The translations under genes were made by a program, and so were the position numbers. The notes under the pieces were generated by a model. The model was given only the letters and a program-made list of their open reading frames with translations, had not been told where the DNA came from and made no database searches. DNA of 64,000 bases from an uncultured Bacteroidota bacterium (GTDB taxonomy: Bacteria; Bacteroidota; Bacteroidia; Flavobacteriales; Flavobacteriaceae): NCBI GenBank assembly GCA_913060705.1, contig CAJXTX010000004.1, forward strand, positions 7,320 through 71,319, in the 5' to 3' direction. Shown piece by piece: positions 47,815 through 56,063 of the stretch; the stretch's first letter is position 1, and each line of letters starts with the position of its first letter.

Positions 47815-49236
47815 TTATTCAGGAGCATTAGCCCCATACGTATCGATTAAATATATTAGTGAAGCCATTGCAGCGGCTCCGAGTTCTAGTTCTCTTTTAT
47901 TGACCTGATCAAAAGTATCATGGTCAGAGTGGTGGTGATCAAAGTAACGCTGAGAGTCTGGGCGTAAGCCAGCCAAGACTGTACCCTGAGACTTTAAAGG
48001 CCCTACATCTGCTCCACTACCTCCCAATTCGAAACGATCGGAGAAAAACGGATAAAACAGTGCAGACCATTGTGCTATTCTCTCAAAGTTTTCCTCAGTA
48101 GTATCAAATTGAAATCCACGTGGCGTAAACCCTCCACTATCACTTTCAAGGGCAAAAACATGTTTTTCACCCAAAGACTCAGCTTCACTAGCGTATTCTC
48201 TAGCCCCTCTTAAACCATTCTCTTCATTCATAAAGAGCACCGCTCTAAGCGTACGTTTTGGCTTATACCCAATCGCCTTTAAGGTCCGCAACACTTCAAT
48301 AGACTGAACCACTCCTGCCCCGTCATCATGAGCCCCATCTCCGAGATCCCAAGAATCTAAATGACCACCTACGACTACTATCTCTTCTGGATAGACCGAA
48401 CCCTTCATCTCACCAATCACATTGTACGATTTCACATCGGGAAAGGTTCTACAGTTCTGTTTAAAATAGAATTGCGTGTCTGGATTCAAACTTAAGGTCG
48501 CAGAAAGCAACTCTGCTCCATTGGTACTGATCGCAGCCGCAGGTATTCTAGAGCTAATCGGACTATCTCCATAGCTCATCCCTCCTGTATGCGGAAAGTC
48601 GTCAAGTCTAAGATTCATCGAGCGCACAATGACACCCACAGCACCGTATTTAGCTGCTTCAACAGCACCCGAATAGCGCTGATCTACGCATGCACCATAG
48701 GCTTGAAAAGTAGGTATCGTCTGCGGATTCATAGGACGGTTGAAAAACACGATTTTTCCTGCAATCTTATTACGTCCTATCTGTGCGAGTTCTTCAATAC
48801 CATTGACCTCTATAACCTTAGCCTTTAATCCCATACTCGGAGTAGCTACAGAACCTCCTAAGGCCGTTATTGGCACTGTAGTACTGAGACCTGGTGCTGT
48901 TTCAAAATAAGCGTATTCAGGAGCACCCCTTACCCATTTAGGGACCATGACAGGCTGGAGATATACCCGGTCTAACCCCAGGTCGTTCATTACTGACTTC
49001 GTGTATTCAACTGCTTGTTCAGCCTCCACTGAACCCGACAAGCGACCACCAATTTGAAGTGACAAAAAGCGCAACCAATCGTACGCCTGCCCGCCCGTAA
49101 GGGTTTCATCAAAAATAGATCGTATCATCAATTCATCTCGAGAAGAGGCTTCTTCTGATTGGGCTTCAACCCTATGCATTCCAAGACTTAGACTCAAAAA
49201 AAGGAATAGTATTCCTATTGAAATTTTACCGCTCAT
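47815..49236 (-). CDS. Secreted M28 family aminopeptidase with PA-domain insert
   Basis: It has a signal peptide and the M28 metal ligand blocks GGHLDSWDLGDGAHDDGAG, MNEENGLRGA and HHSDHD. Confidence 0.85.
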   Translation of the reverse strand: MSGKISIGILFLFLSLSLGMHRVEAQSEEASSRDELMIRSIFDETLTGGQAYDWLRFLSLQIGGRLSGSVEAEQAVEYTKSVMNDLGLDRVYLQPVMVPKWVRGAPEYAYFETAPGLSTTVPITALGGSVATPSMGLKAKVIEVNGIEELAQIGRNKIAGKIVFFNRPMNPQTIPTFQAYGACVDQRYSGAVEAAKYGAVGVIVRSMNLRLDDFPHTGGMSYGDSPISSRIPAAAISTNGAELLSATLSLNPDTQFYFKQNCRTFPDVKSYNVIGEMKGSVYPEEIVVVGGHLDSWDLGDGAHDDGAGVVQSIEVLRTLKAIGYKPKRTLRAVLFMNEENGLRGAREYASEAESLGEKHVFALESDSGGFTPRGFQFDTTEENFERIAQWSALFYPFFSDRFELGGSGADVGPLKSQGTVLAGLRPDSQRYFDHHHSDHDTFDQVNKRELELGAAAMASLIYLIDTYGANAPE

Positions 49237-50393
49237 ACGTACTGTTTAACGTCCTCTAAAGTTACGGCATCGCCAGAGAGTATAAGCAATCGCTCTACCA
49301 CATTTCTCAATTCACGAATATTGCCCTTGTAGCTCTTCTTCTGAAGCTCCGCGATGGCATCTTTTTCAAACGCCTTCACTCGAGCCCCATTCTCTTCTGC
49401 AATTTGTGTATTGAAGTGTTCTATTAAGAGCGGAATATCTTCATTGCGCTCATCGAGCGATGGTAATTCTAGGCGAATTACACTTAGGCGATGGTAAAGA
49501 TCTTCTCTAAAGGACCCTGACGCAATAGCCTCTTGAAGGTTCTTATTGGTTGCAGCTACAACGCGGACATCAACCTTTATCGCCTTGTCTGATCCCACAC
49601 GTGAAAGCGTTTGCTCTTGCAATACCCGTAGCACTTTAGCCTGGGCCGATAAAGACATGTCACCCACCTCATCAAGAAATAAGGTCCCTTGATGAGCAGC
49701 CTCGAACTTACCTGCTCGGTCTTTATGGGCAGAAGTAAATGCGCCTTTAACATGACCAAACAACTCACTTTCAATGAGTTCAGAAGGTATTGCAGCGCAA
49801 TTAACCTCTATAAAGGGAGAAGACGAACGCTCGCTTAGTTCGTGGATTGAGCGTGCTACAAGCTCTTTTCCGGTTCCGTTTGCCCCCGTGATCAAGACAC
49901 GAGCAGAAGTTGGAGCCACTTTTTCAATGATCTGCTGCACCTCCTTTAAAGCACTACTCTCTCCTACCATTTGAGTAGACCTACGCAGCTTTTTCTTAAG
50001 CCTTTTGTTTTCAGTCGCTAGATTTTTACGATCAAGGGCGTTTTTTACTGTTAAAAGCAAGCGGTTGAGATCAGGTGGCTTTGAGAGGTAATCAAATGCT
50101 CCTATGCGCATGCACTCTACAGCAGTTTCTAAATCTCCGTGTCCTGAAATCATAATAAAAGGCAACTCAGAAAGCCGCGATGTGCAGGCCTGCAAGACCT
50201 CAATGCCATCTTTTTTAGGCATTTTAATGTCACAGAATACTAAATCGATTGACTCATCATTGCTTAGGATATCTAAGCCTTCTTGGCCATCCTTAGCCGT
50301 TAGGCATTCATAGGTTTCATCCGATTCTTGTAGGATTTTCACAAGTACTCTGCGGATACTTTCCTCGTCTTCTATGATGAGTATACGTGCCAT
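49233..50393 (-). CDS. Sigma-54-dependent response regulator (REC + AAA+ activator) lacking a C-terminal HTH domain
   Basis: The REC domain has DLVFCDIKMPKKDG. The AAA+ domain has Walker A GANGTGKE, the GAFTSA loop and ELRNVVERL. The protein ends 16 residues after the ELRNVVERL block. The start is trimmed to MARILIIEDE. Confidence 0.9.
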   Translation of the reverse strand: MARILIIEDEESIRRVLVKILQESDETYECLTAKDGQEGLDILSNDESIDLVFCDIKMPKKDGIEVLQACTSRLSELPFIMISGHGDLETAVECMRIGAFDYLSKPPDLNRLLLTVKNALDRKNLATENKRLKKKLRRSTQMVGESSALKEVQQIIEKVAPTSARVLITGANGTGKELVARSIHELSERSSSPFIEVNCAAIPSELIESELFGHVKGAFTSAHKDRAGKFEAAHQGTLFLDEVGDMSLSAQAKVLRVLQEQTLSRVGSDKAIKVDVRVVAATNKNLQEAIASGSFREDLYHRLSVIRLELPSLDERNEDIPLLIEHFNTQIAEENGARVKAFEKDAIAELQKKSYKGNIRELRNVVERLLILSGDAVTLEDVKQYV

Positions 50394-50412
50394 GAGGTTA
50401 AATAGAGAGGTC

Positions 50413-50454
50413 TTAAAATACAAAACCCACCCTCAAACAGTGTTCAAGGATGGG
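50413..50454 (-). terminator. Second terminator-like hairpin plus T-run immediately upstream of the response-regulator start
   Basis: On the minus strand, CCCATCC-15 nt-GGGTGGG forms a 7-bp stem with one G-U pair, followed by TTTTGTATTTT. The large loop lowers confidence. Confidence 0.3.
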
Positions 50455-50467
50455 AAAAATTGCTATG

Positions 50468-50499
50468 AAAAAGAAAATAGTAAAGGATAAACCTTTACT
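50468..50499 (-). terminator. Rho-independent terminator after dnaJ
   Basis: On the minus strand, AGTAAAGG-TTTAT-CCTTTACT forms an 8-bp stem followed by ATTTTCTTTTT. Confidence 0.6.
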
Positions 50500-50542
50500 G
50501 ATGGTAAATATATACTTTTTTTTAATTCTCGCGAATCTGTGG

Positions 50543-51655
50543 TTAAGAGAACATATCTCTAATGCGATCGAAGGTTGATTTATCATCTGCCTTTGGATCA
50601 GGCATAAAGTTTTTATCGTTTAAGGTCTCTTCAAAGAAGGCTTCTTGCTCAGCAGATAATTTTTGAGGGGTCCATACCATAACATGCACCAATAAATCGC
50701 CTTTGCCGTATCCGTTTAAGCTCTTCACCCCCTTACCTCTCAGTCGTAGCACTTTGCCCGACTGCGTTCCTTTATCGACTTTAATACGCACCTTACCGCC
50801 AACGGCATCTATTTCTTTTGAAGCCCCAAGAACGGCCTCAGCAAAACTAATGCGAAGGTCGTAATGCAAATTGTCTCCCTCTCGTTTTAAAGAAGGGTGC
50901 TGGGTCTCTTTTATTGAAACAATAAGGTCTCCTGCAATACCGTCTCCAGGTGCTGCGTTTCCTTTACCCGAGACTTTGAGCTGCATGCCGTCCTCAACTC
51001 CTCCAGGAATCTGAATAGAAACCGTTTCTTCTTTGCTCACTAGCCCTTGCGCGTCAGCACCTGCAGGCTTTTGATCTAGAATCTGTCCGGCTCCACCACA
51101 TGCGGTACATGGAGCGGCCGTTTGCATGCGACCTAAAATAGTATTGGTGATTTTTGTCACCTGCCCTGTACCATTACAGCTACTGCACGATTTATAGGTT
51201 ACCCCCTCGGCTTGAACCTTCCGCTTAACCTTCACTTTCTTTTCAACCCCTTCAGCAATTTCGTCTAGGGTAAGGGTGATTTGAATGCGCAAATTGGTTC
51301 CCTTCACCCGACGCCCTCCAGAGGATCCGAACCCACCGAATCCGCCAAAACCTCCGCCAAATGCACTCCCGAAAATATCTCCAAATTGACTGAAGATGTC
51401 ATCCATATTCATTGAACCGGCACCACCTCCGTTTTCAAACGCCGCATGTCCGAATTGATCGTAACGCGCGCGCTTATCCGGATCTGAGAGCACCTCATAG
51501 GCCTCTGCAGCCTTTTTAAAGCGCTCCTCAGCCGTACTATCACCTGGGTTTTTATCAGGGTGGTATTCAATGGCTTTTTTTCTGTAGGCTTTTTTAATTT
51601 CTGCCTCAGAAGCCCCTTTAGACACCCCTAATATTTCGTAAAAATCTTCTTTCAT
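50543..51655 (-). CDS. dnaJ: Molecular chaperone DnaJ (only two CxxCxGxG motifs)
   Basis: It has a J domain with HPDKN, a G/F region, CSSCNGTG and CTACGGAG, and C-terminal substrate-binding domains. Confidence 0.95.
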   Translation of the reverse strand: MKEDFYEILGVSKGASEAEIKKAYRKKAIEYHPDKNPGDSTAEERFKKAAEAYEVLSDPDKRARYDQFGHAAFENGGGAGSMNMDDIFSQFGDIFGSAFGGGFGGFGGFGSSGGRRVKGTNLRIQITLTLDEIAEGVEKKVKVKRKVQAEGVTYKSCSSCNGTGQVTKITNTILGRMQTAAPCTACGGAGQILDQKPAGADAQGLVSKEETVSIQIPGGVEDGMQLKVSGKGNAAPGDGIAGDLIVSIKETQHPSLKREGDNLHYDLRISFAEAVLGASKEIDAVGGKVRIKVDKGTQSGKVLRLRGKGVKSLNGYGKGDLLVHVMVWTPQKLSAEQEAFFEETLNDKNFMPDPKADDKSTFDRIRDMFS

Positions 51656-51662
51656 CTAGTGA

Positions 51663-52217
51663 CTAGTTTCCTACCACCACCTTAGGGTGACGGATAATTT
51701 GATCTCCTAATTTATACCCCTTCTCAACCGTGTCAATGATCTTACCTACCATGTCCTCTGAAGGCGCTTTAATCTGAGTGATAGCCTCATGAACTTCCGA
51801 ATCAAAAACATCTCCTGCTTTGACCTCAAGAGACTCTAACCCCTTTGATTTCAATGTCTCGGTGAGTTTATTGTAGATCAATCGAATTCCTTCAATATGC
51901 GAATCTTCTTGTTTTTGCATCTCTGCAATGGCTCTTTCAAAGTCATCCACTACCGGTAACAACGCTGCAATCACTTCTCTACCAGCAGTTTTAAATAAAT
52001 CAATACGCTCTTTAGTGGTGCGCTTCTTGTAGTTTTCGAATTCAGCAAAAAGCCTTAAAAACTTATCTTTTTCTAAAGCCAATAAAGCTTCTGGGCTTTC
52101 ATCGACCGTTTCGCTATGTGCAGATGTCTCTTCTTGGGATACTTCTTCTGAAGACTCAGTGCCTTCTTGAGTATTCACTTCATCCTCTTCTATGGCTTTC
52201 TTTTCCTTCTTTGACAT
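51663..52217 (-). CDS. grpE: Nucleotide exchange factor GrpE
   Basis: The conserved core is RLFAEFENYKKRT...LLPVVDDFERA...GYKLGDQIIRHPKVVV. Confidence 0.9.
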   Translation of the reverse strand: MSKKEKKAIEEDEVNTQEGTESSEEVSQEETSAHSETVDESPEALLALEKDKFLRLFAEFENYKKRTTKERIDLFKTAGREVIAALLPVVDDFERAIAEMQKQEDSHIEGIRLIYNKLTETLKSKGLESLEVKAGDVFDSEVHEAITQIKAPSEDMVGKIIDTVEKGYKLGDQIIRHPKVVVGN

Positions 52218-52248
52218 GATTTAACTATTAATAACTTAAAAATCTAAG

Positions 52249-52256
52249 CAAAAGTA
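52249..52256 (-). promoter_or_regulatory. Candidate -7 box TACTTTTG upstream of grpE-dnaJ
   Basis: It is an exact match to TAnnTTTG on the minus strand, 31 nt upstream of the grpE ATG. Confidence 0.4.
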
Positions 52257-52285
52257 CTGCCATAACGGTTCGCGATGTCAAAATG

Positions 52286-53191
52286 TCATCTTTTTAGAAG
52301 ATGACTCAATGCAGGTCGAATCGCCTTAAACTTAAATTGAAAGTCAGAAGATTCTAGCAGTGTAGAACGTACATTTTGAGATTCTAGAACCACGGCTGAC
52401 ATCTCTCCCAATACCATTTTTAAGACCCAACTAGGAATGCTAGGTAAGAAAAAAGGCCGCTTCAAAATGTTGGCCACTTCTCGCAGCAATTCCTTTTGCA
52501 CCACCGGATGAGGCGCTACCGCATTGATAACGGGGCCTAAATCGTGGGTGAGGAGGTACACGAACAAGCGCGCTAAATCTTCACTATGAATCCACGACTG
52601 CCATTGCTTACCCGATCCAAGAGACGCACCGATTCCAAAGCGCACGGGCAGTACAAGCTTGGGTAATGCCCCTTGTATGCTATCTAACACAATTCCAATC
52701 CGCACCAAAGAAAGAGCATGTCCTTTATCAGAAAGACGTTGGGCCTGTGCCTCCCACTGTTGCACCACCTCAGTTAAGAATCCGTCACCATAAGCTGTTG
52801 AATGCTCGTCATGGGTGAGATGAAGGTCGCTCTTATACACTCCAATGGCAGAGGCTGAAAGTATACGAATAGAAGGATTTTTCGATTTCTCTAAAGCCAT
52901 TTCAAGCGTTTTCAGACTATTGATACGACTGAATAGCACTTGTTTTTTATAAGAAGCGGTCCATCTCTTTGCGATCGTCGCCCCTGCAAGGTTAATCACA
53001 TGAGTGACACCGTCCATGGCTTTCTCGTCAAATGTGAATTGATCTGGGTTCCACTCAAATCCTTTGGCACCTAAAATCGCAGAGGGTGAAGGATGGCGAC
53101 TGAAGTAGCGCACCTCAACCCCTTCCCTTACGAGTTCAGTGCAGATTTTTCTTCCTATGAGGCCTGTAGCCCCTGTAATCAATACGACCAT
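52286..53191 (-). CDS. TIGR01777/YfcH-type NAD-dependent epimerase family protein (SDR39U1-like)
   Basis: It has the Rossmann motif ITGATGLIG and a DUF1731-like C-terminus. Confidence 0.8.
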   Translation of the reverse strand: MVVLITGATGLIGRKICTELVREGVEVRYFSRHPSPSAILGAKGFEWNPDQFTFDEKAMDGVTHVINLAGATIAKRWTASYKKQVLFSRINSLKTLEMALEKSKNPSIRILSASAIGVYKSDLHLTHDEHSTAYGDGFLTEVVQQWEAQAQRLSDKGHALSLVRIGIVLDSIQGALPKLVLPVRFGIGASLGSGKQWQSWIHSEDLARLFVYLLTHDLGPVINAVAPHPVVQKELLREVANILKRPFFLPSIPSWVLKMVLGEMSAVVLESQNVRSTLLESSDFQFKFKAIRPALSHLLKR

Positions 53192-53192
53192 A

Positions 53193-53864
53193 TCATTTTG
53201 CTTTTACAGCGCGTAGCATTTCTCGTTTTCCCGGTGGGCCGGGCAATCGCTCAACGTTCAATCCGGCCGCCTCTAATCCTCGTCTTACCGTTCCTTTGGC
53301 ACAATAACTTACCCATGTTCCGTTTTCATTCAGTAAGTCTGCACATTTCTCTAGTGCCCATGGCTCCCATAAATCAGGTTGTACACGTGGTCCGAACGCA
53401 TCGTAATAGATGAGATCAAACCGAAGGTCTGTGGTGAAAGCCTCAAACGTAGTATTTAGTTTTAAGAGATTGAAATGAGGAGTTATCGCTGTCCACTCCC
53501 CCACAACAGCCTGGTGCATGGCACGGTAAAATTTGGGCAAGGCCCAGGACTCGTCCTCAAATACCGCATAATGCTCTTCTGAAAGCATATGGGGTTCGAT
53601 AGTGACATAGTTGCATTTTTCACCACCGCTTTCGGCCATCTTGGCCGCTGTTAGCACAGCGTTCATACCCGTACCAAACCCCAATTCAAATACAGTTAAG
53701 GTTCGCTCTTTAGCACCCGATTCGATGACCTGTTCAAGACCCTTTTGAATGTAAACGTGATTCGCTTCAGTTAAGGCGCCGTGCTTAGAATGATACTGCT
53801 CGTTTAACGCCGGTAAATGAAGCGTTTTACTCGAATCTCCTGTGGTAATAATCTCGAACTTCAC
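53193..53864 (-). CDS. mnmD: Stand-alone tRNA (mnm5s2U34) methyltransferase MnmD/MnmC2-like
   Basis: It has SAM-MTase motif I VFELGFGTGMN and YYDAFGPRVQPDLW, typical of the MnmC methyltransferase half. The start is GTG. Confidence 0.7.
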   Translation of the reverse strand: MKFEIITTGDSSKTLHLPALNEQYHSKHGALTEANHVYIQKGLEQVIESGAKERTLTVFELGFGTGMNAVLTAAKMAESGGEKCNYVTIEPHMLSEEHYAVFEDESWALPKFYRAMHQAVVGEWTAITPHFNLLKLNTTFEAFTTDLRFDLIYYDAFGPRVQPDLWEPWALEKCADLLNENGTWVSYCAKGTVRRGLEAAGLNVERLPGPPGKREMLRAVKAK

Positions 53865-53916
53865 AAACGTAAAAGTAAAGGAAGAACTTGTATTTTTACG
53901 ACCTAATCAGAGAAGT

Positions 53917-54972
53917 ATGAAAATCAATAAGGTTACCGAGTCAAGATTTGGAGCTGTAGATTACAAAACATTGCCTTTCGGATCTTTATTCACCGATCAT
54001 ATGGTCGTCGCGGATTATAAGGACGGAAAGTGGTCGACTCCAGAAATTGTGCCCTACGGCCCTATGACGATGTATCCTTCATCAAGTGTGCTCCATTATG
54101 GTCAGGCCTTATTCGAAGGAATGAAGGCCTACAAGGACAATGAAGGCAATGCTTTTCTGTTTAGACCTGACCAAAACATCAAACGCTTTAATCGCTCTTG
54201 TGAGCGTCTGGCGATCCCTCAAATGGATGAGCAAGCTTTTCTCTCTGCACTCGATCATCTTATTGCCCTAGAGCGCCAATGGATACCAGATGAAGAAGGC
54301 AGTTCTCTTTATATCCGTCCATTTGTGTTCGCTACTGAGCCTGCCATTAAGGCTAATCCTGCATTAGAATACCGCTTCTGTATCATCTGTGCGCCCGTAG
54401 CTTCTTATTTTGCCGACGCCATTGCGGTGAAGATTGAAGAAAAATTTTCTAGGGCTGCACCTGGAGGTTTTGGATACGCCAAGGCTGCCGGAAATTACGC
54501 AGGTCAGTTCTATCCCACAGAGCTTGCAAAAGCAGAGGGGTATCAGCAGGTGGTATGGACAGATGCACAAACACACAGTTATCTTGAAGAAGCAGGAACG
54601 ATGAATATTTTTGTGCGATTCAAAGACACATTAGTGACAAGCCCTGTTTCGGATACCATACTCGATGGGATTACACGTAAGAGCATGATCGCCCTGTGCA
54701 AAGATCTCGGCATTAAAGTAGAAGAACGCGCCATTGCCGTTCATGAACTTTTAGAAGGTTTTGAAAATGGAAATCTCATAGAGCTTTTCGGTGCCGGAAC
54801 GGCCGCAGTGGTCAGCGAAATCAAAAGCTTCGGATACCGCGGCATCAACTACGAGTTAGATGTTGCTGAAGATGCTTATGGGGCAGTACTCAAAAAAGCC
54901 CTTACCGATATCCAGCGCAATAGAGCTGAAGACCCTCACGGATGGCGCTACCAAATAAAAGCGAATGTTTAG
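53917..54972 (+). CDS. ilvE: Branched-chain amino acid aminotransferase
   Basis: It is a fold-type IV PLP enzyme. Motifs are YGQALFEGMKAY, LYIRPF and EEAGTMNIF. The start is trimmed to MKINKV. Confidence 0.9.
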   Translation: MKINKVTESRFGAVDYKTLPFGSLFTDHMVVADYKDGKWSTPEIVPYGPMTMYPSSSVLHYGQALFEGMKAYKDNEGNAFLFRPDQNIKRFNRSCERLAIPQMDEQAFLSALDHLIALERQWIPDEEGSSLYIRPFVFATEPAIKANPALEYRFCIICAPVASYFADAIAVKIEEKFSRAAPGGFGYAKAAGNYAGQFYPTELAKAEGYQQVVWTDAQTHSYLEEAGTMNIFVRFKDTLVTSPVSDTILDGITRKSMIALCKDLGIKVEERAIAVHELLEGFENGNLIELFGAGTAAVVSEIKSFGYRGINYELDVAEDAYGAVLKKALTDIQRNRAEDPHGWRYQIKANV

Positions 54973-55153
54973 TACAGGACAGCTCATTTTTGCCCTTCTT
55001 TTCGCCATAGGCTTTATTACTATAATCGCTTTAGCCTATCGCAAAGACAAGGCTCTGCATCAACGCTACTTCAAAGGAGCACGCTGGGTACTAGTCGCAT
55101 TTATTGCTTTTGTAGCTCTTCTAAGTATACTCAAAGCCCTTCTCAGACCGTGA
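54965..55153 (+). CDS. Small two-TM membrane protein (62 aa)
   Basis: It has two clear hydrophobic helices. It overlaps the ilvE stop by 8 nt and the crcB start by 4 nt. Confidence 0.45.
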   Translation: MFSTGQLIFALLFAIGFITIIALAYRKDKALHQRYFKGARWVLVAFIAFVALLSILKALLRP

Positions 55154-55533
55154 GTCAATGGTGGACATATCTAGCGGTTTTTCTTGGAGGAGGTCTAGGT
55201 AGTGTTGCGCGATTCGGTCTTTCTGCAGTGCTAAACAAAGGACATCATTTTTTTCACTGGGGTACCTTTTCGGCGAATATGTTGGGGTGCCTTTTAATCG
55301 GAGGTCTAATCCCGTTCTTTTCAAAAACACCTCAATCGTCTTTGGCGCTCTTTGCCATTGCGGGATTTTGCGGAGGTTTCACCACCTTTTCTACACTCTC
55401 TTGGGAGAGTCTCAAGCTCCTAGAAAAATTTGGCGTCGGCCCTTACCTCCTCTACGTTGGGAGCTCTATTTTAGTAGGTCTTTCGCTTACCTATGGAGGC
55501 TACCGTGCTGTTTTACAACTATTTAAGATCTAA
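55150..55533 (+). CDS. crcB: Fluoride ion channel CrcB/FluC
   Basis: It has four TM segments. The motifs are GGGLGSVARF and GFCGGFTTFST. The start is GTG. Confidence 0.9.
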   Translation: MSQWWTYLAVFLGGGLGSVARFGLSAVLNKGHHFFHWGTFSANMLGCLLIGGLIPFFSKTPQSSLALFAIAGFCGGFTTFSTLSWESLKLLEKFGVGPYLLYVGSSILVGLSLTYGGYRAVLQLFKI

Positions 55534-55534
55534 A

Positions 55535-55593
55535 TCCTTAAAATTTTAGGAACATCTCATTGGGAGGTCCCTAAAAATTAGGATCTCCTAATT
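55535..55593. promoter_or_regulatory. Cluster of TTAGGA/TCCTAA inverted repeats between crcB and glnK
   Basis: TCCTTAAAATTTTAGGA lies at 55535-55551. The palindrome AATTAGGA-TC-TCCTAATT lies at 55576-55593. The cluster is about 110-165 nt upstream of the glnK start. Confidence 0.4.
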
Positions 55594-55701
55594 GATCTTG
55601 CTCAATTATTGCATTTTATTAATTGTTTTTACAAAAACGATGAAAATAAACTGTTAAAAAATAATTAATACTACGTTTATTCCATCAAAACTGTAAAAAC
55701 G

Positions 55702-56040
55702 ATGAAAAAAATTGAAGCAATCATTCGAAAGTCAAAGTTCGATGAGGTTAAGAAAGCCCTACACGATGCGGGTGTTCTCTTTTTCAGTTACTGGGACGTA
55801 ACTGGAGTAGGTAATGAAAAACAAGGTCATGTATATAGAGGTGTAGTTTATTCAACCTCTGACATCCAGCGACGCTACCTCTCTATTGTCGTCTCAGAGG
55901 ATTTTGTAGAAACCACCGTCAAAACCATCATCGATACCGCAAAAACAGGCAACGTGGGAGATGGAAAAGTTTTCGTCTCGTCCATTGACGAAGCCTATCG
56001 CATTCGAACAGGTGAAAGTGGATACGAAGGAATCAACTAA
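55702..56040 (+). CDS. glnK: P-II nitrogen regulatory protein
   Basis: It is 112 aa with MKKIEAIIR, a T-loop containing YRGVVY, and TGNVGDGKVFV. Confidence 0.9.
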   Translation: MKKIEAIIRKSKFDEVKKALHDAGVLFFSYWDVTGVGNEKQGHVYRGVVYSTSDIQRRYLSIVVSEDFVETTVKTIIDTAKTGNVGDGKVFVSSIDEAYRIRTGESGYEGIN

Positions 56041-56063
56041 ACGTTAATCATCAAATCAATCAC

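Noticed and set aside
52218-52285. CIRCE heat-shock operator upstream of grpE
   Set aside because: There is no TTAGCACTC-N9-GAGTGCTAA-like inverted repeat. Only a TACTTTTG -7 box is present.
53864-53871. TACGTTTG -7 box for the MnmD-like gene
   Set aside because: The box overlaps the only plausible start codon (GTG at 53862-53864), so transcription from it would begin inside the ORF. The match is probably a coincidence, or it belongs to a promoter I cannot place.
54965-55150. Fluoride riboswitch upstream of crcB
   Set aside because: The interval is fully occupied by a small membrane-protein ORF, and I saw no crcB-motif core sequence.
55598-55613. Sigma-54 type -24/-12 promoter upstream of glnK (TTGCTC-N5-TTGCA)
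   Set aside because: The spacing fits, but the invariant GG of the -24 element is missing, with two mismatches to TGGCAC. I also found no convincing TGGCAC-N5-TTGC elsewhere in the intergenic DNA.
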